DNA from: Octopus vulgaris
Taxonomy: Eukaryota
DNA: 64,000 nt
Assembly: GCA_951406725.2 (NCBI GenBank)
Contig: OX597815.1
Coordinates: forward strand, 197,532,001-197,596,000
Reading direction: 5' to 3'
Shown: piece after piece, positions 52,214 to 64,000 of the stretch
Numbering within the stretch: the stretch's first letter is position 1
Layout: each line of letters starts with the position of its first letter
The notes under the pieces: generated by a model
Database searches by the model: none
Told to the model about the DNA's origin: nothing
Seen by the model: the letters and a program-made list of their open reading frames with translations, nothing else
Position numbers and translations under genes: made by a program

Positions 52214-53322
52214 ATGGTGTCATTGAGACCCAAAGATGTCAGGTAATGCTGAGTAAGTGCTATGGACAGACCATAGTTAAGTTCCAGATTTGCTAATATT
52301 GCGAATAAAGTGTTCAACCTTGGTTATATGCCAGCGTGTGTATATAAGAATTGTTTTTTGCGTAATTAGATAAAAGACCAAGGCAGTATAGATATTAGAG
52401 CATTTATAGATAGAAGGTCTGATATATATACAGCCTTGGCTTTTGTTTATTTTATTACGCAAAAAATTCTTATATATATATATATATATATATCGAGACG
52501 GATAGAAATATAGGAAAAATAGAAGTTGAAAATGCACTGCGAATAGATAAAATATTTTTTTATTAATATATTTAAAATTTTAACCGGTTTCACTGTTTAC
52601 GCTGATTTTCAAAACGTTCAAATAGAAAGACGTGTCCTATGTCACAGCTGTCCCTCTTCTGACTAGTGTTTCAAGCTTACCCTATTTTTATAGGGAGTTC
52701 ATGGCTCAATTTGGTAGAGGATAGTCACATAACTGGTCCTAGAAATTTTTGTAGCTTCACCACTACGTCCGTATGTTAGCATCAATTGACAAAGTTCGTT
52801 GTCGTAATTTAAGGCTGACACCGTTGACTAAACATGTCCCAACAATCAATGCTCTGAAAGTTTTCTGTCGAGTGTTTCTAGAGAACAAACACATGATGAA
52901 ATTTATAACTTTTTGTACGTTTCCTGCTACGTTCGTTCGTTAACGTCACGTGACAGTATATTTTGTGCCTAAAAATAAAACCGACACGGTCGAGTGCACA
53001 CGTTTAGCTAAAATCAAGGCACTCTAAATTTAATCTATCGTGTGGGAGAGTGGGCAAGAGCGGTTTGCATGTAGATCAGTAGCTGAGGTTGAGGCTGTTA
53101 TTTGTGCAGCATCCTCAAGATAATTGACAGAATGAATTTCGTGTGTGAATATTTATTTCTGTATGTACCCTGTTAATCTTTGTTAAGTCTTGGTTTGTAG
53201 TTTTGTACGAAAGTATTTTCTTTGTTTATGAAGTGCCTTGATTATCACTAAACATGTTAAATTCAAATTTTCTTCTAAATTATTCTAATATTCCTACTTT
53301 TAATGGGAATCTAAATACATGT

Positions 53323-53713
53323 TATTAATAGTTATCGACAAGCTAATACGGCAGTTCAGAAATATAGGACGAATGCTGCCGTTAATTAGCTCCAAGAGGC
53401 CATCACTTCTAGCTAGCTATGTGGCAGACGAACCTGTGTCCATAGGTAAATAATCCTTCAAACAGACGGTGAGTAGCGACGCCTGCTGAGTTCGGCTGCT
53501 CTAGATTGTTAAAGGGCAAATACTCTGAAACTAGTCTGCTGATGCCTGACCAGCAAGGGGAAGCGGCTGACCTCCTCTGTTCGAAGGGTATAATGGACAT
53601 AGGTTCGTGTGTCACATTGCTAGCTAGAGGCGATGGCTTCTTGGAGCTAATCAACGGCAGCATTCGTCCTATATTTCTGGACTGCCATATTAGCTTGGCG
53701 ATAACTATTAATA
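53323..53713. mobile_element. Fold-back / MITE-like element with long inverted arms
   Basis: TATTAATAGTTATCG.CAAGCTAATA.GGCAGT.CAGAAATATAGGACGAATGCTGCCGTT.ATTAGCTCCAAGA... mirrors its reverse complement ending at 53713. The arms stay recognisable for more than 130 bp. Confidence 0.85.
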
Positions 53714-54240
53714 TCCAGTACCGCTGCTGTAGCCTCCTCTAGAGATACTTATAAATATTAATATTTCTAAAATACATGTTATTTTGTTATAATTAAATAC
53801 TATTTATCATAGTCATGACAAACACTCATTTATCTAACTTACTTGACACTTCCCCTTTCAACATTTCCTATTTTAACTATAATGCCGCTTCTCTTCAGCT
53901 GTTATATAATATTCAAACAAACTGTGCCATCCATCATTGCAGATTACTGGGGATATATTTTATAAGAGATTCGATTCGTATAGTTACGTTGAAAAAATAT
54001 TAAGTCAGTTCATATGACAGTATATGCATTTGTTTAATTTCAAATAACTAAACAATTAAATGAAATATAATAATATTTAAGAAGATCTTTGGTGAATGTC
54101 TATTCTGAAATTGCTTCCATCAGGTAGCAAATGTTATATTTCTTTTTGTAATAACGGCGAATATGTCTGTTTAAATTGAAACGTATTTATTTAAAATGTT
54201 AACGTTACTGTAAGTGTATTTGCAGTGAATATCTTTTGCG

Positions 54241-54243
<3 letters not shown>

Positions 54244-54295
<52 letters not shown>

Positions 54296-54497
54296 GTGTA
54301 TATGTGTGTGTGTGTGTGTATATGTGTGTGTGTATATGTATATGTGTGTGTGTATGTATATGTATATGTGTGTGTATGTATGTATATGTGTGTGTATGTA
54401 TATGTATATGTATGTATATGTATGTGTGTGTGTATGTATATGTATGTGTGTGTGTGTATGTATATATGTGTGTGTGTATGTATATGTGTGTGTATGC

Positions 54498-54553
<56 letters not shown>

Positions 54554-54572
54554 ATGTATGTATGTATATATC
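54244..54572. repeat. Compound (CA)n/(TG)n/(TA)n microsatellite
   Basis: Directly visible. Confidence 0.95.
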
Positions 54573-55443
54573 TAGAAGAGTATCTTCCTCAGATAGTTTG
54601 AACATATTTTATACGTTTCATATTGGCTATTAAATTAATTATTCCGCAGGTATCTGAAAAGGATTTGCTAAAAATATATGTAATATGTACCCAAAAGGAT
54701 GGGCTTATAATCTTATAAATGGATAAGCACATGTAAGAATGCACTCCTTGGTAAACCAAAGAGCTGTTCTACATGCTAATCTAACAGCGACTAACAGTAA
54801 CATCATCGTCAACAACTCGTTATTCTCGAGATTTACTTGGCAATATATGTAACTACTTTATTTACCTAAGTTAGTGGCGTTTGTGGAAACAGAACGTTGT
54901 ATGAATTTTCCTTCTCTAATTACGTTGTGCGAAAGAGAAATTGTTAAAAAAAAATCCATGTGCATCTAGCACGAAGATAAAGATAACAATGGGAAAAGCA
55001 TTAGTATTTACGGAATAAATTCGTAAATTGAAGCTCATTAGGGAACATAGATTTCGATAAATTTATTTTAGAATTCCGTGCAAACAGATTCTTAATGATG
55101 CATTAGAAGAAAATTAATTGATTGCTTTAATATTTCGATATCTCGAAATCGATGCTTTCAGTGAAATCTAAACAAGAGTGTTCGTATTTCAAAAAATGAG
55201 GCGGAGAATTAAGCGTACGCATAGAAGAGTACGCATACATTTTCTGCGTTCCTCTTTATAATACTAAAAGAAATGCACGCACATGCACACACGCACACAC
55301 ACTCACACACACACGCACGCATGCACACACACATAGACACTTTCACAAAGAAAGACATAGGTGGATAATTATGTACATATATACGTACATATATGCACGT
55401 ACATATACATACACAAATCCATATATATATAACCCCATATGGG

Positions 55444-55526
<83 letters not shown>

Positions 55527-55794
55527 ATTTGTGAGTGCGTGTGTGTGTGTGTGTCTGTCTGTGAGTGCGTGTGTGTGTGTCTGTCTGTCTGTGAGTGTAT
55601 GTATAAGCATATATTAGCTGTTGCAAGATGCAATCATTCTGAGAATTTGCGGGAAAGTACTGAAATATAGACACAATGTTTGTGAGTGTTGGAATGTAGG
55701 GGAATTCTTTATAGTTCTAGACTATATTTCTGTGTGCGTCTGTGCGTTAGTGTATGCGTGTCTGTGTGTGTCTGTGCATAGTTATAGAAAAAGC

Positions 55795-55935
55795 AAAAGA
55801 CGAAGACAGGTGCATGAACATCAAGAAAGTGTGTTAGTTTGACGCTCGGGAAAATAAAACAATCTTTTACGTTTCGAGCCCACGCCCTTGAACGGAAAAG
55901 GATTAAGAGAAAATAAACAGGGAGAGAATGAAAAG
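55795..55935 (-). mobile_element. Penelope-like terminal repeat fragment
   Basis: Reverse complement of the 1003-1205 family: TTTT-CCGTTCAA-GGGC-GTGG-GCTC-GAAACGTA-AAAG and CGAGCGTCAAACTAA. Confidence 0.6.
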
Positions 55936-56059
55936 AAACTTGTAGATTTCAGCTGTCCAGTACTCTTTGTACTTTTAGCAGCTCTCCTCATCCACATACC
56001 AGCACTACTCGGATTACTACTGAGGCATATCTTCCACATATTGCAGATATTCTGTTGCA

Positions 56060-56895
56060 GAAAATAGCCATTTCATAATTTACCATAGGTCGATTCCTGT
56101 GAGTTCTTTGGTGGGCAACCAGGCCAGCACGACTGAAGCACTTCCTTCCACAAATCACACACACAAAAAGCAACACTCGTTCATTCTCCCCAGGTTCTTT
56201 CCTTCTAAGCCTTCTCCTAATCTTCTCGTGTTTAATTCTCTCTCCCTCAAAGCTTGAACAACCACCGTGTACTCTCTTCTTCCATCCATCTCAGTCTTGT
56301 ACCTCCCTCTCCCAATCGACAACTGAAATCTTGTCAGAGTAATTCTGAGGCGGTCCTTGAATCTCACCTTGGGTTTATGTTCTGGTCTTCTACCATCTTC
56401 CAGCTCATCATACAGAAGTTGCTTGGGAAGTCTTTCATTATTAATTCTTACCAGATATCCACACCACTTTAACAGCATTGCAGATTCATGGTTTCTACAC
56501 TTCTACTACCGCTTCTCTCAGTAAATCTATATCACTAATGGCCATTTTCCAATTTATCCCAAGATTTTTTCATAAACAATACTGATGATATCGTTCCAAA
56601 TGCCTTCAATGCCTACATTAAGCAACCCAGGTCTGACATTCATTTGGCAAAGATGCCCGGATGCATGTGTTATAAACTCGAAGTTTAATTTGGAAAGATA
56701 TACTACAGTGTGACCATAGGTCCATGTCAAGCTTACCAAAGACAATACTAGCCTTGCTGATTCTATTTGAAATTTCATCAAGAACAGCAGTGCTCAAAGT
56801 ACTTGCTAAATAAATGAATATGACCATTCAGTTATAGAGGATTCGATGTAAAGCTTAGAAGGGACAGGCTGGTATATTGAAACAATTTCTTCAAG
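56060..56895 (-). pseudogene. RTE (BovB-like) LINE 3' fragment
   Basis: FIYLASTLS..LDEISNRISKASIVFGKL, KLRVYNTCI, LKWCGYLVRINNERLPKQLLYDELEDGRR..KPKVRFKD, and a terminal C2H2 finger CVICGRKCFSRAGLVAHQRTH. Confidence 0.9.
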
Positions 56896-56993
56896 TTGAT
56901 TGTAAGGCCCATATATGTATGTATATATATATGTGTGTGTTTGGGTACGCATACACACACAGACATATATATATATATACATACATACATACC

Positions 56994-57043
<50 letters not shown>

Positions 57044-57859
57044 TATATATGTGTACATACAGACATACATAAATATATCCAATGCATGTTCATACACGAG
57101 ACACTACTGAACAAGTAGAAGGGCGTGTACATTTTTATCTTGCATATATTTGATAATTTTTTCTCTATGGTATTACAGATTTACATGCAAATGTTTATTT
57201 GAAACCGTTGCCAGTTGATAACACATTCGTTTATATGTAAAGAAGTTATAAACAATTTGAAATATTTTTCACATCTCTATATTTTCTAATAAAATTATAT
57301 TGTTTCCTTTATACTTTGAAAACTATAATATATAAAATTTAAATTAGAAATTTCATATAAATTATCATTATGGAAAAAAAAATATTCAACTGTTTACATT
57401 GATTTTTTTTTTTTCAAAATACAGAAATTATCGCAAATGATTTTAGATAAATCTCTTTTATTGCAATGCATTAATTTCTATTAAATATTTTAATTGAAAA
57501 TAACAATATCAGAAACAAGAAGTATCAGACAAATATTGCAAATATCCATTCATATTTCATTTAAATGAATTATTTGTTATTTTTTTTCTAAACATGGATA
57601 AAAAGATTAATAAATTGCTTTCTTGATTTTCAGATGTAATGAAATTTTAACTTCAAACTATTTTCTTATTAGCTGTGTGAGATACAAAAACTGAATAAAA
57701 ACGATTAAGAATAATAGCTCTATCAATATTCTGAGGAAAACAATAGTTAAAATAATAATATTTATAAAATATGGCTGCCAGAAATAAATTTATGTGCGAT
57801 TTGATATTCGGAATTAAAATTAATCATCAAGTCCTAAAAATTCAAATTTAATTCATAAT

Positions 57860-58200
57860 TTCTCAAATAATACTTTAAGCAATTCATGGTATGTGAAGCC
57901 TTCATGAGAGTTGGTCACCTCATTGTACTGTTAAACTCTGGATACGCTTTGGAACAGGGACGTCCTGGCAAACAGAACCCAACTGATTGTGTTGATAAAA
58001 GCCACGTAAGACAGCAAAAGATCGGAGTTATGCTCCGAGGAACTCTTTTTGACACCCATCACTACGTAGTGCATGTAAACGACATCTCAGATATATTAAA
58101 ACACAGTAATAAAAATCGCTTTTGACTCAATCCTTTATCAACATATGCAAACGCAAATCCAAGCAGAACTCCAACGTAATCCAAGTTATAAATCAATAGG
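57860..58200 (+). pseudogene. Decayed CR1/L2-group LINE RT fragment
   Basis: WNRDVLANRTQLIVL (~WI.SFLSNRTQ.V) followed by GVMLRGTLFDTHHYVVHVNDISDILKHS (~GVPQGSVLGP.LF..YIND). Confidence 0.55.
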
Positions 58201-58256
58201 CGAGTAGAAACATGTTTCTAAATGAAGAAAACAAATGTACTTCCGAAAAGGAAATA

Positions 58257-59475
58257 TCAGGTCATCCCATAAGTTCTTTCCAAATTTTGAATAAAGAAAA
58301 CAAGTGATCAAATTTTATATTTAATTGAAATTTAATCATCAATGTACGTTCCCAGATTATCTATGATTTCTTCAAACCAATTTAATGCCATCAATGTAAA
58401 ACTCTTTTGATTTCAAAGCGAAGAATTCTGAAACGTCAGTTTTGATTACCTCCTGGCTTGCGAAAATTATGTCCCCCAAATGATTCTGTAAACTACGAAA
58501 CAAATGGTAGTCTGAAGGTCGGGAGTTAAGGTGGATGAGGAATTTTTTACCAACCAAGCTCTTCGATCTTCTCTGATGTGATATTTGCAGTGTGGGGTCG
58601 CGTATTGTCTTGATGATACATCGTTCCTTTTCGATTCACTAAAGCGGGTCTTTTTTTTTTTTCTTCAAAGCCTGGTTCAAACGCTGTAATTGCTGACAGT
58701 TGACTTGAGCATTGATTGTTGCATTAGGTGGTAACAATTCAAAATGAATTACTACTTTGGAATCCCACCAAATAGAGAGAAGAACCTTTTTCACATGAAG
58801 TTCCCTTATCAGGGAACTGTTTACGACGTTTAACATTTCGATAGAAGATCCATTTTTCGTCACCAGTCACAAGTCTATGCAAAAAGTGTGAAATGTGTTC
58901 GCGCGAATGGAGAGAAGAGCAGATGTCAACTTGGGATTTGCGGTTGCTTTTTGACAATTCATGAGGCATCCATTTTCCGAGTTGTTGAAGATGACGATGA
59001 ACAGTTGTATGGCTTTAACTAAGCTTTATTGCAAATTCTTCAACTGATAATGCAAGATTCTCTTTAAGTAATGCCTAAAGGCGCTTATCACCAAACACAA
59101 CTGGACGTCCTGTTCGATCATCATCTTCAAGGCTGAAATCTCCACTTCTGAATTTTGTAAAACATCTTCTGCAAATCCTTTCATTCAAGCATTCTTTCCA
59201 GTAAACTGTGTGCATTTTCCGAGTCGCATCGGCTGCAGAGTTTCCTTTTTGTACTTATAAATGTGACTCAAATGATCTTTGGATACCTCTATGTTAGAAA
59301 GGGTTTTAATCAAATAAAGTTTAATTCTATTATACAGTAAAATAATATTCAATTAGTTTAAATGTACACAAATGCATATAAATAATTTTAAATTCCATTA
59401 GACATTCTAAAATACTATTAAATTTCATTCAATTTAAAAAAGATAAAATCGGACTGAACTTATGGGATAACCCGA
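58257..59475 (-). mobile_element. Mariner transposon with TIRs and a decayed transposase
   Basis: TIRs TCAGGTCATCCCATAAGTTC and GAACTTATGGGATAACCCGA with a TA TSD on both sides. Motifs WMPHELS, LVTGDEKWIFY, KKVLLSIWWD, HQDNTRPH and SDYHLFRSLQNHL. Confidence 0.93.
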
Positions 59476-59549
59476 TATACTGAACATACGAAAGAATCAC
59501 TTGAGTTATCAAAAAATAACAAAAATTAACAGATGTTGAGAAAATACCA

Positions 59550-60258
59550 TTTGGAGCACCTATGTACTTCTCAAGATTTTTACTCACTGTTCCCCAGTGT
59601 TCCAACAATTATTACTAGTATTACCATGTTTTTCAGTGACAATAGCTTTACTTCCCAAGCTAACCTGTCAGATCTATCGACTTCCTTTCTTCCTTATCGC
59701 ATACCTTGTTATCAGCTGGGCATGCTATATCTATGATCTAGCATCGTTTGCGTTCTTTCTCAGTTAACACTACATCTGGTTTCCCATTGTCTGTCTCATG
59801 GTCTCACTGAATCATAAACCCCCTTACGATCTTTGCATTACCACTTTCGATGATGCCTTCTGGTTTGTATTTGTACAACATTTTTGCTCTGTCAAGTCCA
59901 TACTTGTTGCAAAGTGTCCAATGGACAATCCTTGATATGAGTCATGACTTCACTTATATTCTATCTGGGCTAGCAGAGTATATTGGCTGGTAATATGCCA
60001 TACGGTTTCACCATTTTATCCACAAATTCTGCACTTATCACTTTCTGATATGTTGTCTATTCTGTATTTGATGTAATTAGTTATGAATGCTTGCCCTTGG
60101 GCAGCACAGATTAGAGCCTGCGTTTCCGGTTTTAAATATTTTTCCTCTGCCTATCTTATCTTCGACATCCCTATAAAATTGTCCATGTAGTCTTTTCTTT
60201 ATCTGTGTATTTTCAGTTTATTCATTCACAAGTGCTTGTACAGTGCTTTCTCTTTGCA
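59550..60258 (-). pseudogene. R4/Dong-clade LINE C-terminal fragment (CCHC plus restriction-like endonuclease)
   Basis: The minus strand shows ETQALICAAQ, CRICG..GETVWHI, KPDV and IDIACPAD. Homologous to the adjacent copy. Confidence 0.8.
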
Positions 60259-60259
60259 A

Positions 60260-60632
60260 TTATTGTTATTATTGCCTTTGCACAACTTCTAAAGCTGGAG
60301 ATGTACTACGGTGTCAGCTCTTCACTACCAGTGAACTAGGTTAACACCGCTTAGTTTTCGAGCACCTTCTGGGGTATTCGAGTGGTTCCAAGTAGTGTTA
60401 TTTTCTGCAAGTGCTCCACCCTTATTGCAGCCCCTATTTACTGCATATACTTCTCGAGATTTTTACTCACTGTTCCCAGGGCTCCGGCAATTAAAAGTAC
60501 TAGTTCCACCTTTTTCGTTGACCACAACTGCTTTACCTCCCAAGCTAACTTGTCACACCTATCGACTTTTCTTTCTTCCTTATTGCATACTTTGTTGTCA
60601 GCTGGGCATGCTATATCTATGATCCAGCATAG
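60260..60632 (-). mobile_element. Second R4/Dong-clade 3' end (5'-truncated) with a (TAA)-like tail
   Basis: CWIIDIACPADNKVCNKEERKVDRCDKLAWEVKQLW..IAGALGTV..HLQKITLLGTTRIPQKVLEN*, a short 3' UTR, and a TTATTGTTATTATT tail at about 60260-60273. Confidence 0.85.
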
Positions 60633-60976
60633 TATACTAATGGTAATAGGAATAATATAAATGCTCTGATTCAGAAATGGAGTACAATGATACAAGAGTA
60701 ATTATCTCTTTTCACGATATTAATAACATATATAAATCAAAGTTTGCTCAGTTCAGCTTTATCGATTTTTATATATCATTCTAGAAATCCCTAAGATGGA
60801 TAGCCATGGGATTTGCTAAGATTTATTATATCGCAGCCAATTGCAACATACTTATTATTATGCATACTAGCTTAAAATCTGATCTGTGCAAAAATCCCGA
60901 CTACATTGAGAAATCCGATACAAACGGTTCGTTCAGTATGCAAACATACTATATCGCAAGACGTAACCTCACGCGT

Positions 60977-61009
<33 letters not shown>

Positions 61010-61205
61010 TACGGAGATGTACTCGCATAGCAAGTAATTTGATCTGAGATCGTGTGCTGAAACGAAAACAATTGCAGCGTGGAAGATGTTTATAAGCCAT
61101 TTAAGAAACACACAAAAGCCGTTCGATTCACTTCAACATTTAAGTTTAATTTGTCAAAATATTTTCGTCGCTAAAATCCGCGACCTGTTCACTGACAAAG
61201 TGTTG
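61010..61205 (-). mobile_element. Penelope-like terminal repeat fragment between TA tracts
   Basis: The minus strand reads TTGTCA-GTGAACAG-GTCGC..GCGAC-GAAAATATTT-TGACAA, a hammerhead-like topology with a degenerate core. Confidence 0.45.
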
Positions 61206-61208
61206 TTG

Positions 61209-61297
<89 letters not shown>

Positions 61298-61630
61298 AAG
61301 TGTACATTTAAACACATAAGAGGTGGCCATAACAGGCTTCGCCAATTGTAAATTGTTTTATTTACAAAAGATTGCTTGAAACTATGCGTAGTTCAGGAAA
61401 AATAGGGTAAATGTTTTTATTTTTCATTCCCTTTCAGAATTACAACTGTTAGTAGTTTGTAGCTTAACTACTCTTTCTAGCGAGCCAGATGTCCTGTTAT
61501 GGCCATCTCTTATGTGTTTAAAAGTAGACTGTACTTTTATATGAATAATATATAGTCTATTGACTAACTTGTTCTCGCTAGACCACTGGTAGCAAATAAT
61601 TTTTCTAATTTTTTTGCTACCCTAAGATTT

Positions 61631-61665
<35 letters not shown>

Positions 61666-61669
<4 letters not shown>

Positions 61670-61835
61670 CTTAGGGTGACCCGCTCTACGCGCGGGTAAG
61701 AGTGTGGTTGTTACTTTCTGTTGCTTCCTTTCTGTTTTTTATCACCGCATTCTCCCTCTTTATTTCTCTCCCCTTTCTCTCTTACTCTTCATTTCTCTCG
61801 GACTCTCCCTCGCTTTCTCTTACTCTCTATCTTTC

Positions 61836-61866
<31 letters not shown>

Positions 61867-63195
61867 CCCATTTATAAACAACAAAAGATCTTGAGTAAAT
61901 TGAGAAAGAAAATATTTTGAAAGATCAATCATGAATATCTGGCAGTGGCAACAGAAAGGTCTGTTTCAAGGCAGAGAGCAAAACACTCAAATTTAAAACG
62001 ACAGACGAACTTGCAAGGTGAATAAAAAAAAAATATTGGATACCAAAGTTTGAGGGGATAGAATCTGAGGATAGTAGAGTCCCCGAGACTGGCATTTCTT
62101 AATGACGGACAGCAACGTAGTGGCAGTTTAACGGCTGGCGTAAAGTTTTGAACTTGATGTAAAAGAAAGTTTTGAAGGGATTCTTTCTCAGGACAGTAGA
62201 CTCACCATGGCAAGCATTCAAAACTTCTTCATCATGGACAGCAACACATTGACGATTTAAAGGCTGGCGCAAATTTTTTAGCTTGATGTAAACAGAGAAT
62301 TCCTAAACACCCGCTCCTATAAATTTTAATGCCCTTCCAGGCCCATTTAGACCCCTTTTCACATTTTCGTTAATATAACCCGATTTTATTCGGGTCTAGT
62401 CGGGCCACATTTTATAAGATGAGGAATTTTGTCCTGGAGGTCAGGCCTTTCATTTGGGGAAAACAATAGTTGCCATGCAAACTCGCCAGCACTTTTGACA
62501 TAGGTGTGCATATTTTCAGCTCAACCGACCACATAATGCACACATTATATATATATATATATATACGTATTATATATATGTGTGTGTACGCATTATATAT
62601 ACAAATCTATACAAATTATATATATATACATATATATACATATATATATGTATAAATACAGATATATACACTTTGTATATATACATTATATATACATATT
62701 TATATATAGAACACATACACACATATATAAATTAACCCAATAAATATCTGATTCATAATATTTGTTCTCATGATTGTGTGGTGGTGGTGTCGATAATAAA
62801 ACTCTCTATAAATGCAGACAGACGTACAGAGAGAGACAGAGAGAGAGAGAGGGTGCGGTGGAAGAAAGAGTGACAGAGCTGGCGAAGGCGGCGGGGGATA
62901 GATGGAAAGATAGTAGTAGCTGTCAAACGTCGTTAGAGAGAAATTGTAAGGAAGAGAGGAAAGAGAGAGAGAGGAAGGAAGAACGGCAGATAAGAGAATG
63001 AGAGAAGACTTGTCAAATTGTGCGTTTTTTGCCCTAGTAACCATACCTTTTAAGATAGGGATTTCTAACTTAGCCCACTCACATCCTCACTTCATTTTAA
63101 ATGTAAATTTTGGAGTCAATCCGACGGGATCTAGTGGCTTTTATCCCGTTCCGATGCCAAAATGAGACAAACTTTTCGCATTTCAGATTTATAGA
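61666..63195 (-). mobile_element. Non-autonomous Helitron (~1.5 kb) with internal diverged repeats and microsatellites
   Basis: On the minus strand it starts TCTATAAATCTGAAATGCG (63195) and ends with the hairpin ACCCGC..GCGGGT (61679-61697) plus CTAA. Internal ~125-bp direct repeats at about 62050-62165 and 62170-62295. Confidence 0.6.
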
Positions 63196-64000
63196 TATGG
63201 ATATGATATATATATTTATCTTTTGTACGAAATAAGCACGATGTCTGTTTTGAATGTATGCATCATATTCCAGCTGTTAGGATAGCTGTATCAATAAGAC
63301 AGCAGAGAAGACACGTTGCACAGTTTACTGAATCACACTCATAGGCTCATTAAAATGATTCTGAAGTCTGAAATAACACAAGATTTTGGCATACTTACGG
63401 TTAAAATTTAGCTCATATAAACCATTCAGAAACCATACGAGACATCTCATACAAATCGATAAAATTTCATATCATTCATTTATCGTTTCACATATATATA
63501 TAAATTTGGCAGGATATCAATTATGCCCTCAAATAAAGAAATGTTCGACAAGAATTAGTATGAAATGTAGAACTATGTACAATACAACCCCTACTATGAA
63601 TAAGTGCAAATGTACCTTGTAACTCACTGTTCTACTTCACTAAATAACACATATAATGTTACCAACACCATCTAGATATAAACGGTAGCCGTGTTTACAG
63701 TAACAGTAAATACTGAAAACGGATCAAGAGACGGCGATATTTAGATATGATGATGACACAAATATGAATAAATAAGGCATCAAATCCTAACAAGAATCCT
63801 TTTAATCCAATTGCCAATTTGCAACCCACATACAGCATAAAATGAGATATGCATGAGATTGAGACTACCTCTAATAGAAGGATTCCCCGGGAGGAACAAA
63901 TGGTTAACATATAATGGGAGAAATGATGACTAAACTGAGACAAATGATCGTATATGTGTACGTGTGTGTATGTGTGTGTGTGTGTGTGTGTGAGTGCACG

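Overview
AT-rich, repeat-dense eukaryotic DNA (intergenic or a large intron). The SINE families, Penelope-like terminal repeats and very long (TA)n/(TG)n tracts look like an octopus genome; this is my recognition of the repeats, not a database result. I cannot support any host protein-coding gene, and most ORFs in the track are microsatellite artefacts. The window holds four tRNA-derived SINE families, RTE, R4/Dong, CR1 and Penelope retroelement fragments, two TIR-complete but decayed mariners plus relics, three non-autonomous Helitrons, fold-back elements and a near-perfect 678-bp tandem duplication. The most striking signal is a 1.4-1.7 kb ORF1-only, RT-less, L1/Tx1-like element present twice (3131-4572 and 16837-18579). 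Both copies sit at exactly the same base of the same SINE family, between its A and B boxes, with a 15-bp target-site duplication and different internal deletions. This suggests a SINE-targeting, site-specific non-autonomous retrotransposon. It carries an ETS/ZNF143-like 5' end and an array of short palindromes in its 3' UTR. A second theme is a set of minimal hammerhead-ribozyme-like motifs with covarying stems inside Penelope-like repeats.
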